This document shows, piece by piece, positions 27,341 to 35,436 of a DNA stretch of 64,000 bases (position 1 is its first letter; every line of letters starts with the position of its first letter). This DNA comes from a bacterium. GTDB taxonomy: Bacteria; Zhuqueibacterota; Zhuqueibacteria; Residuimicrobiales; Krinioviventaceae. The stretch is from positions 1,536,001 through 1,600,000 of the forward strand of contig CAXXMD010000003.1 of NCBI GenBank assembly GCA_963675755.2, in the 5' to 3' direction. The position numbers were made by a program, and so were the translations under genes. Under the pieces are notes generated by a model. That model worked only from the letters and a program-made list of their open reading frames with translations, ran no database searches and was not told the origin of the DNA.

Positions 27341-27558
27341 TTAAATCCCTGCGTCCTGGCTCAATGTCTAAATAAACTGAAATAAACGATCGTGACGGAG
27401 ATTGTCTCCGTCATGATCAATCTTGTAAAACATGGTCTAGTTAATATCCTGACAAAATGAGAAATGTAAAATAACGGATCTGGAGAGTAATGATTGTGTT
27501 AACAGATTTTTTATAATTCATAGGTATCAACCCCGGCCACAAGAGCCGGGTTAGGGAT
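27341..27558 (+). repeat. Degenerate module: tRNA remnant, palindrome copy 7 (27388-27418), spacer, CCCCGGCCAC box
   Basis: TTAAATCCCTGCGTCCTGGCTCAAT resembles TCGAATCCCTGCACCCCAGCACAAT; GAGTAATGATTGTGTT resembles GAGTAATGTTGGTGTT near 18752. Confidence 0.75.
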
Positions 27559-27560
27559 TT

Positions 27561-28400
27561 TTATTTCTTTTTCATAAGCTTGTAATGAATATCAGCAAAG
27601 AGTTCATGTCCCACAGATTCCGAATGGCATGGTGTGCAATTCATCTTGCTGCTTATATTTGCCACTTTACCTTCTTTTCCATGACAGGTTATACATGTTG
27701 TAACGGGTTCGTTTGCATTCCCGGATGTCATAAAGTCATTGTTAAAAAATTGATTAAGCATGGTAACTGTCTGGTATACCACATCAGCGGTCAACCTGCG
27801 GCAGCGTTCCTTTTGTTCTTTAGATTTAATTGCATATCCACTTGTATTACTCCAGTTTGTGGTTGATGCATGGCAAAGTACAGAATTAGAGAGTGATGTA
27901 GGTGGAGTGAATTCCAGTAAAGGTTTAACCGGACTAAATTGAGGAAGCGGGGTTTTTTCGTACCATTGATACAAACTTTCTATCAGGTAGTCTTGATTGG
28001 GTTTGTCTTTTACTAACAAGCCAATAAGGGCGGCCGCTCCATTAAGTGCACCACACACCGTACCATATCCACCAATACCTCCATGTCCGTATTTCATCAT
28101 TTCGCAGGGGAAATTACTAAATGGCTCACCCACTTGATCAGCCAGTTTTGAGACAACACTTTTAAAGGTGGCGTACATACAGCTTCCCTTGTCATAGCTA
28201 TTATATGCCAGCTCGGCTGCAGCCAAAGGATCTAATTGACTATAGGGCCAGGAATGTTCTTCATCATTATGGGTCAATTTTTTGGGAGATTCTGCGGGAG
28301 AAACTTGAGGTTTAAAAGCAGTAGTGAGAGTGACCACACTAACAGCACCACCCCCTACAATCGCTCCGCTTAATATTTTAAATAATTTACGACGCTCCAT
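27561..28400 (-). CDS. C-GCAxxG-C-C family protein / split-Soret cytochrome c-like precursor
   Basis: MERRKLF Tat-like signal; GSCMY, GTVCGALNGAA, VLCHAS, ERC.RLTAD; two CxxCH motifs (CITCH, CTPCH). Confidence 0.82.
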   Translation of the reverse strand: MERRKLFKILSGAIVGGGAVSVVTLTTAFKPQVSPAESPKKLTHNDEEHSWPYSQLDPLAAAELAYNSYDKGSCMYATFKSVVSKLADQVGEPFSNFPCEMMKYGHGGIGGYGTVCGALNGAAALIGLLVKDKPNQDYLIESLYQWYEKTPLPQFSPVKPLLEFTPPTSLSNSVLCHASTTNWSNTSGYAIKSKEQKERCRRLTADVVYQTVTMLNQFFNNDFMTSGNANEPVTTCITCHGKEGKVANISSKMNCTPCHSESVGHELFADIHYKLMKKK

Positions 28401-28666
28401 GTTTGTACTCCAATATATTTTCTAATTAACTTTTTGGGTCCGGTTGACGCAGTTGTTTTGTGTATTTGATTGTTTTACATTGATAATATACGAATATTGA
28501 TTTGCAATTGTGCTTTTTTTTTCTGCAACAGACAGAGAAATTTTTTCGGGTTACTCTGAATATCTGAAATATGCTGGTCTTTTTTCCAGGAATGACCAAC
28601 CATACACCTGAAGAGGAGAGATTCCGGTCGATCTGTAAATTAAAATAGTTTGATTAAATGTATTCT

Positions 28667-29155
28667 CTAGATGAAGAAACGGTGAAATAAGACAATCCAT
28701 ATAAAAAGCCCAAGACCAAAGTTTGTGTGATTGATAAGATTGGTTCTTAAAATTTTTGATCGATGTGGTGATTTTGAAGCCATAAAACCCATACCGATAG
28801 CAGGAAGCATCCAAAACCAGGGAAAGCAAATTGTAGCAATTCCAAAAACCAGTGACATCCAAACAAATTCTTGAACCAGTGCCACGTTGAAAAAAAGTAT
28901 CAAATATACTCCGGCTAGTGCAATTCCGATTAGGTAATGAGATATCAGGCACCAAAGTTTTTCATTCTTTAATGCCGGGCTTTTGTTAATATCTTTATGA
29001 ACCAATTTGCCTTTAAATATGTAAAGGAACCATCTGCCAATAGCTTCCTGAGAAATAAATGGATAAATGAGTTTTCTTTTGGCAAACATTCCAGCCAAAA
29101 AATCCATAACGTATGTTGCAAATATCCCCATTAAAACAGCTTCAATAATAATCAA
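28667..29155 (-). CDS. DUF2938-family membrane protein
   Basis: GI.AT.VMD, IGRW, HYLIGI, PWF.M.PA.GMG..ASK.P, H..FGLG. Confidence 0.8.
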   Translation of the reverse strand: MIIIEAVLMGIFATYVMDFLAGMFAKRKLIYPFISQEAIGRWFLYIFKGKLVHKDINKSPALKNEKLWCLISHYLIGIALAGVYLILFFNVALVQEFVWMSLVFGIATICFPWFWMLPAIGMGFMASKSPHRSKILRTNLINHTNFGLGLFIWIVLFHRFFI

Positions 29156-29184
29156 CAGTGGGTCTCCAATGTTATTTTATTTAT

Positions 29185-29964
29185 TCATTCATGGGACATC
29201 ATCATACACCGGTATTCTTTCATTTTTACAAATCCCAGCTTTTCGGCGAGTCGAGTGGACTCTGCGTTCATGGCGTCCCAGTGGCATTCCAGGTTACGGC
29301 GTCCGCATTCTGCCAGCATCCGGCGGGCTACACGGGAGGCGATCCCATGACGACGATACCCCACATGGGTATCCACCTGGATCTCGATGCCGTTGCGGTA
29401 AAACGTATAGCAGCCAATGCCTCCAATTATTTTATTACCAATGGTTGCCGCAAATCCAAAGCCTTTTAAATCGTTTTCATTCATGTACATTGTATTGGCT
29501 ACCAGATCCATGGACCATTCTTCCGCGTGCATGGCAGCGGCGAGTTCGTTGTCAATGGGCTTGATTTCAACCGGCTGGCCTTCAAGGACCAATGGAGTTT
29601 CTTCTTGTATGCTCAAACCGGATTTTGACGCTTGTTCAGCTGTCATGGGATGAAAAGCCATTCTTGTATATGCTGTAATTTTTCCGGCATAGTATTTTTG
29701 AATGCCATCAAGCCAGGCTATGGGAGGATCATAAAGGTGTGCTTCCCGGATTTCGGCAATTTTATCATAAATTTCTTTATTGAATTCCCCTAATAGTTCA
29801 ACAAAGTCTCCCACAATAACCGCAGAGCCGGGAGCGTTGATAAAAGCTTTACCATACATACCATCTATAAAGGACTGGGATATCTGATGCCGGGGGAGAG
29901 GCAGATTGTTTTCAGAAAGGATAGCGATAAATTGATTTGCTTGATATGCTTCAAGGTGTATCAT
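29185..29964 (-). CDS. GNAT-family N-acetyltransferase
   Basis: IEIQVDT..GYRRHGIA; HWDAMNAESTRLAEKLGF. Confidence 0.85.
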   Translation of the reverse strand: MIHLEAYQANQFIAILSENNLPLPRHQISQSFIDGMYGKAFINAPGSAVIVGDFVELLGEFNKEIYDKIAEIREAHLYDPPIAWLDGIQKYYAGKITAYTRMAFHPMTAEQASKSGLSIQEETPLVLEGQPVEIKPIDNELAAAMHAEEWSMDLVANTMYMNENDLKGFGFAATIGNKIIGGIGCYTFYRNGIEIQVDTHVGYRRHGIASRVARRMLAECGRRNLECHWDAMNAESTRLAEKLGFVKMKEYRCMMMSHE

Positions 29965-30032
29965 GATTTGTCCGGATTTTGTGATTGGGATAATTGAAAA
30001 TATTAAACCCGGATTAAAAAGTCAACAGGATT

Positions 30033-30063
30033 ATATCCCCCGTTACAACATGCCGGGGGATAT
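30033..30063. terminator. Hairpin after the minus-strand GH92 operon
   Basis: ATATCCCCCG...CGGGGGATAT, 20 bp past the stop at 30083. Confidence 0.55.
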
Positions 30064-30082
30064 TATAAAAAGTGAAAAGGAA

Positions 30083-32230
30083 TCAATTCTCAAGCTGTTG
30101 AATCATTTCTTCAATCTCGTCCATTTCATTAAAAACCCGGTTATGGAGAAAATCCCAGGCACCGGTTTTCATATAAATGGAATCACGAAAATAATTTGTT
30201 GCGTTGACCATGCCCTCCATTTCAAAATCATCCGCAATGTTGGGTTTGGACAATGCCAGTTTTACCAGGCGTTTGTCAGATTCCAGAACAAGCTCGAGTT
30301 TTTTCCTCATTTTTTTTGTTTCCTGACGATGCTTATTCGAAAAGGCTTCAGCTAGTAATAATCTGGAGGTAAAAAACTCGGTAAAGAGTTGTGTACCGTG
30401 AACCATGTCGTTAAAAGCCGGCAGGGCTGTTGGAGTTACGTGGTCCCGATTGCTTTCCAGTAAAAAAAGTGCCTGCGCCATCATTTGGGAATGCTTTTCA
30501 ATGCGTTTTATGTTTTTTGCCAGTTCTTCCGGTTTTGCTGTTTTCAGGCTGTCCAGTCCAAACATCCAGGCCAAACGATAATAATCTTTATACAGTGTAA
30601 TTCCGTCGAAATCAACACAGAATTCTTTCCAGGCGTTTTGGTTCAACTCGAGGGATTTATAAATAGCTTCACTGGCATTGCCATAAGTGGATTCAAGATA
30701 ATTGTCAATCAGATCCTCAACCCGGGTTTGCAGGGGGGACCAGTTTAGCTTTGCCATTGCAAGGAAATTGGTCTCCGTGATCCAGCCAAAATCTTTTTCT
30801 GCTGAAACAATGCTGAATCCGCTGAAATTGGGAGCCTTGTCAGAAGCCGCATATTTTTTGACACCTTCCTGATAGGGGAGATATTGTACATTTCCAAATG
30901 GAGAGACCTCTTCACTGGGAAGGGCCTGGCTGATCAGAAAGCGGTTTCCGGTTTTCCGGATTTCGTCAAAATCCAGATTTGGCTCAGCAGTGGGTTCCCA
31001 GTCACGTCCCCATTTGGTCTGCAGAATTACATTGTCGGGCAGTTTATCCCAAAACTTCTGCGAACCGTGTAAAAACAAACGACCGCTTAACAGAATCTCT
31101 ATATTGGGTCTTTCTTTAATAGCTGCCTCTATAATTTCAAGCGTCAGCTTTTTTTGCAGTTCACCCTGTCTGCCCCGGCAATTATCACATTGACAGGGAA
31201 AAGACTCTCCCCACCAACGGATGTGAATTCCCGCGAGAGAGGGATAGGTGCGCAAGATGGCCCGGATTTGCGCGGTAAACACTTTAGTCAGTCTTCCGTC
31301 CGCATGGCAAAAAGACATGGCGCCGTTGTGGTGTTCGTCATTGCTGAGTACACCCACAAGATCGGGACGGTTTTTAGCTATAGTAGATGTGGCAGACCCG
31401 GTTAAATAGTTCATTAAATAAGGTTTCACTCCACGACTTGAAGCATATTTGAACAAGTCTTCTCGAACCTGTGCCGCTTTGATGATTTCGTCATTTGTGA
31501 ACTGACTCATTCCCTTTGTAGCGGGATCAACAGCAAGGTCCCACCAGTTTGTACCGGTACTGTACGGCCAGTTTGACAGGCGGTTGATTCTGTGCCTCGA
31601 GCACCAGTCACACCATGTTTTCCATGTATGAGCAGCATCCTTGAATCCCCCTTCATGGCCGCTGTAATAATTATTTTTTTCAGCAAGTACATCTGTATCA
31701 ATCAAATCCGCTACACCCATAGAGAAATTGGATAACTGAAAAAAGCGTAATGGATAAAAGGGTTTACTTTTTAATTGAACCTCCGGGAGGTTCTCAAATA
31801 ATTCAGCAGCCTGACCGGCAATGACAGGGAAATCGATATCGGCATGCTGATAATCATCAATATAGTCCGAGCTGTTTGAAATGACCCATTCTACAAGAGC
31901 TACGGAGCCATAGAGCAGCCCGGCTTCTGTAGCAGCCTTGATGTTTATATCGGCGGGAGATATATGCAACTGATAACCTTCATCTCCACAAGATTCCGGC
32001 AATGATTTATCCAATACCAGTTGAACAGATATGTCCTTTGGATTTGCATGTCCTGTGAGTTGGGTCAAATGATACTTTAGCAGATGAACCGTATAAACCG
32101 TTTCAGGAGAACTTTTATGCTTGTAATCCACAAGAACATTCGCCTGGGAATGTATTGTAAACAAAAACAGAAATACTGCAATAAACCTGTAAACCAGGTT
32201 ATACCGTAATTTCAAGTCCGTAGGTATCAT
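30083..32230 (-). CDS. Secreted putative glycoside hydrolase-like protein (GH20/GH67-type N-terminal domain), family unclear
   Basis: GDEGYQL...I.AATEAGLLYG and P..PLR pattern; signal peptide; directly downstream of GH92. Confidence 0.55.
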   Translation of the reverse strand: MIPTDLKLRYNLVYRFIAVFLFLFTIHSQANVLVDYKHKSSPETVYTVHLLKYHLTQLTGHANPKDISVQLVLDKSLPESCGDEGYQLHISPADINIKAATEAGLLYGSVALVEWVISNSSDYIDDYQHADIDFPVIAGQAAELFENLPEVQLKSKPFYPLRFFQLSNFSMGVADLIDTDVLAEKNNYYSGHEGGFKDAAHTWKTWCDWCSRHRINRLSNWPYSTGTNWWDLAVDPATKGMSQFTNDEIIKAAQVREDLFKYASSRGVKPYLMNYLTGSATSTIAKNRPDLVGVLSNDEHHNGAMSFCHADGRLTKVFTAQIRAILRTYPSLAGIHIRWWGESFPCQCDNCRGRQGELQKKLTLEIIEAAIKERPNIEILLSGRLFLHGSQKFWDKLPDNVILQTKWGRDWEPTAEPNLDFDEIRKTGNRFLISQALPSEEVSPFGNVQYLPYQEGVKKYAASDKAPNFSGFSIVSAEKDFGWITETNFLAMAKLNWSPLQTRVEDLIDNYLESTYGNASEAIYKSLELNQNAWKEFCVDFDGITLYKDYYRLAWMFGLDSLKTAKPEELAKNIKRIEKHSQMMAQALFLLESNRDHVTPTALPAFNDMVHGTQLFTEFFTSRLLLAEAFSNKHRQETKKMRKKLELVLESDKRLVKLALSKPNIADDFEMEGMVNATNYFRDSIYMKTGAWDFLHNRVFNEMDEIEEMIQQLEN

Positions 32231-32260
32231 TTGATCCTCACTTTTTCAGATTGAGCAGAT

Positions 32261-35200
32261 TCAATGAAACAAAACCTCTGCAGGGATTTCTTTAATTTTG
32301 CCATTATCTTTTTGCCAACTGACAACAAGATCTTTGGCTCGTCCCATCTGGAAATAATCTACTTTGATTTTGTGGAACCCTTTCTTTAATCCTTTTTGTC
32401 CATACAGAACATAAGAAGCGTGCGCGCCATCATTGTCAACAATCAGTTCATCGTTCACATACAGCGTTGCGCCATCATTGGATACGAGATAAAATGTATA
32501 TATACCGTTTTCAGGCACATTTATATATCCGGTCAGGTTGTAACCAAAAACTCTCGAGTCTTTGATTGCATCGACATTAAAAGTACGGAGAACACCTGTA
32601 TCTTTAACCGGATATTTCAACAGGTCAGCCGTTTCTGCGCATAATCCTTCACGATAAAGATACTTGATCCCGGGTTTTAATCCGGAAACATTTTGTGGTT
32701 CTTCAAGTCCTGTTTTTCTAACGGAAACAGTGGTTGTATAGCTTGGTACCTTACCCTTAACAAAGGTTTTGGCCTTGATAACAGCCGTTTCGTTTACTTT
32801 GAACGGACCGGTATATTTTGTTGAAGATTGATCGGGTTCTGTTCCGTCAAGTGTATATTTGATTTCAGCCGTTTTATTTTCCGTTGACATTTTAATTAAA
32901 CTGTAATCAAGAAAGACTTTTTTTGAAAAAGTAACTTGAGGCATGACCACTGCATCATATTTCAATGAATATGGACGGTTTTCTTTAGCTTTGCCCCATT
33001 CTAAATTTGGTTTGTTTCCCATTTCAAAAACAATTTCAGAACCCTTGATGATATCATCATATTTTATATAAGATTTTTGATAGGGGTTTCCATTCAAAGA
33101 AACGGATTGAATATATGGATTGTCGATTGAATTGTTATTTGCAACAACCGTAAACTTTTTGCCGTTTTCCAGGTTGATGGTTACCTTGTCAAACAACGGA
33201 CTGCCGATAACAAAATAATCCATACCCGGAGTGACAGAGTAAAAACCCATTGCGCTCAAAATATACCATGCGGACATTTGTCCTGCATCTTCATTACCGC
33301 TGATACCATCAGCCTTGTCAGAGTACAAGGTTGTTAAAATTTGGCGGACTAGTTTTTGTGTTTTATATGCGGAACCAACATAGTTGTACAGATAGGAGAC
33401 ATGATGACTGGGTTCATTACCATGGGCATACTGGCCGATAAATCCGGTAACATCTGCAATTGTCATTTTTGTAAAATCGGTTTCTGTGGAAAACGCAACA
33501 TCCAGCCATTTTTCAAAAGTTTTATCTCCACCCATCATCTCTATCAAGCCTTCAATATCCTGTATCGCAAAAGTTGAATATTGATACGCATTGGCCTCAG
33601 TGTAATGATGTGAACTTTGCATGGGATCGAAATTTTTATACCATTCATATTCGCTGCTTTTGGGGACCATGAAATTGTATTTTGGGTTAAACAGGTTTTT
33701 ATAAAATTGACCGCGTTGGTTATAAAGATCATAATCAGCTTTATTGAAATCTTTGGCTAATACCGATACACACCAATCATCAAAACTGTATTCAAGTGTG
33801 GAAGAAACCGATGCAATTTCGAATTCATAGGGTATAAAACCATACTGCAAATAGTGTTTTTTCCCTGGTATGTTTGCATCGGACAGTTGTTTCATTCCTT
33901 TGTAAGCTTTTTCCACATCGTAATCACGTAATCCCTTTGCATAGGCATCTGCGACGACAGGTAAAGAGTGATAACCGATCATTGAGTATCTTTCGTTCCC
34001 GGAAAATTCCATAATAGGCATATTGAGCGAGTGTTCATATCGTTCAATGAATGTTTTAATATATTGAGTTGTTTTTTCTGTATTGATTATTGTCTGTAAC
34101 GGATGTAATCCACGGAAAGTATCCCATAAAGAAAAATTGGTATAGTTGTCAAAGTTCTTATCCGCAGTGTAAATTTTATTATCTGTGCTGCGGTATTTCC
34201 GGTCAACATCCATATAGATATTGGGATGAATAGAAGCATGATAAAGCGCGGTATAGAATGTTTTCTGTTGTTCCCGGGTACCACCTTTAATATCGATTTT
34301 ATTTAACTCTTTGTTCCATGCTTTTCTTGCCAGTGTTTTGGTTTTTTCAAAATCCCAATACGGCAGTTCTGCTTTCATATTCTTAATTGCGCCATCAATG
34401 CTGACTGTGGAAATTGCAACTTTGAGTAGAACTGGTTCATCTTTATCAGTAGAAAATTTGAAAAAGCCTTTAATATTTTTACCTTTGGCTGTTGTAAGGT
34501 TGTTCTTTAAAGTATTGTCAACTTCCAGACCGAATGAATCAAAAGGTTTTGAAAACTCTGCGACAAAATAGATTACCTTTGGGCCGTCAAGACCACCTGA
34601 TGCTGCCCGGTATCCCAGCAATGTATTGTCTTTAATTTCAATAAAGAGACTATCCGGCGTATCTTTATTACCGTGAACCAGGTCTAAAATTACGTTGGAT
34701 TCCTTACTCTGTGGAAAGGTATATTTATGCAAGCCAACACGTTTGGTTGCAGTGAGTTCAACCTGGACATTATAGTCATCCAGCAGTACAGAATAATATC
34801 CGGGTGACGCATATTCGTTATCATGAGAAAACCTTGAGCGGTAGCCGGTTTTGGTATCCAAGGTATCTCCGGGAGTAAACAACAGTTCGCCTACAGTAGG
34901 CATGAACATGATGTCTGAACCACCTTCTCCACCTGTACCGCTGAAATGAGTATGTGTAAATCCCATAATGGTGCTGTCAGAATAATGATAGCCGGAGCAA
35001 TTGTCCCAAATTCCCACAGAATAATCATTACCAGTTTCTTTGTCCCAGGCGCCCACTTTGGTATCAGGCGAAAGCTGTACCATACCAAAAGGGAGTGTAG
35101 CTCCCGGAAATGTGTGGCCATTCCAGTTCGTCCCGATCATGGGATCTACCAAAGCGGCATAGTCATTTAATTCTTTCTCCTTACATGAAAATATTAAAGC

Positions 35201-35263
35201 AAAAAGTATTAATAAAAAAATATAATGTTTTTTCACATATTGTTTTTTGGGTTTATCTTTCAT
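32261..35263 (-). CDS. GH92 alpha-1,2-mannosidase with Fn3-associated and PA14 domains, lipoprotein
   Basis: GHTFPGATLPFGMVQLSPDT, FSLWDTFR, YAHGNEPSHH, GNEDAGQMSAWY; YTLDGTEP; PA14 SNDG. Confidence 0.93.
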   Translation of the reverse strand: MKDKPKKQYVKKHYIFLLILFALIFSCKEKELNDYAALVDPMIGTNWNGHTFPGATLPFGMVQLSPDTKVGAWDKETGNDYSVGIWDNCSGYHYSDSTIMGFTHTHFSGTGGEGGSDIMFMPTVGELLFTPGDTLDTKTGYRSRFSHDNEYASPGYYSVLLDDYNVQVELTATKRVGLHKYTFPQSKESNVILDLVHGNKDTPDSLFIEIKDNTLLGYRAASGGLDGPKVIYFVAEFSKPFDSFGLEVDNTLKNNLTTAKGKNIKGFFKFSTDKDEPVLLKVAISTVSIDGAIKNMKAELPYWDFEKTKTLARKAWNKELNKIDIKGGTREQQKTFYTALYHASIHPNIYMDVDRKYRSTDNKIYTADKNFDNYTNFSLWDTFRGLHPLQTIINTEKTTQYIKTFIERYEHSLNMPIMEFSGNERYSMIGYHSLPVVADAYAKGLRDYDVEKAYKGMKQLSDANIPGKKHYLQYGFIPYEFEIASVSSTLEYSFDDWCVSVLAKDFNKADYDLYNQRGQFYKNLFNPKYNFMVPKSSEYEWYKNFDPMQSSHHYTEANAYQYSTFAIQDIEGLIEMMGGDKTFEKWLDVAFSTETDFTKMTIADVTGFIGQYAHGNEPSHHVSYLYNYVGSAYKTQKLVRQILTTLYSDKADGISGNEDAGQMSAWYILSAMGFYSVTPGMDYFVIGSPLFDKVTINLENGKKFTVVANNNSIDNPYIQSVSLNGNPYQKSYIKYDDIIKGSEIVFEMGNKPNLEWGKAKENRPYSLKYDAVVMPQVTFSKKVFLDYSLIKMSTENKTAEIKYTLDGTEPDQSSTKYTGPFKVNETAVIKAKTFVKGKVPSYTTTVSVRKTGLEEPQNVSGLKPGIKYLYREGLCAETADLLKYPVKDTGVLRTFNVDAIKDSRVFGYNLTGYINVPENGIYTFYLVSNDGATLYVNDELIVDNDGAHASYVLYGQKGLKKGFHKIKVDYFQMGRAKDLVVSWQKDNGKIKEIPAEVLFH

Positions 35264-35380
35264 TGCCTGCTATTCCTTTTACAAAAGAGAAAATTTTTAA
35301 ATATGGTCACCATTTTGGGAGGGATAATGTACAAACGAGACTAGGCTTGTAGTGCATTACAAAATTTTAGATTACACAAT

Positions 35381-35419
35381 TGATCACAACGGAGATATTT
35401 AGAGTCTCCGTTGTGATCA
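35381..35419. terminator. Hairpin related to the palindrome family, downstream of GH3
   Basis: TGATCACAACGGAGA-TATTTAGAG-TCTCCGTTGTGATCA. Confidence 0.65.
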
Positions 35420-35436
35420 GAATTTATTTGTTAATA

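Larger units (their letters stand above)
16583..28400. mobile_element. tRNA-Gln-anchored accessory island/cassette array, no integrase in window (right border uncertain)
   Basis: Repeated tRNA-Gln 3' remnants and flanking modules at about 17105, 18458, 19626 and 27341; seven palindromes; unrelated cargo genes of visibly different base composition. Confidence 0.6.

Noticed and set aside
16673-27418. CRISPR array interpretation of the 31-bp palindromic repeats
   Set aside because: Copies are about 0.9-3.8 kb apart with whole genes between them; there are no short spacers and no cas genes in the window.
16583-28400. Classical integron or prophage
   Set aside because: No IntI or phage genes; the repeats lack RYYYAAC...GTTRRRY attC ends and extrahelical bases; cargo orientation is mixed.
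28551-28955. 134-aa minus-strand ORF
   Set aside because: Mostly an alternate frame of the DUF2938 gene; a gene remnant in the last 115 bp or so cannot be supported.
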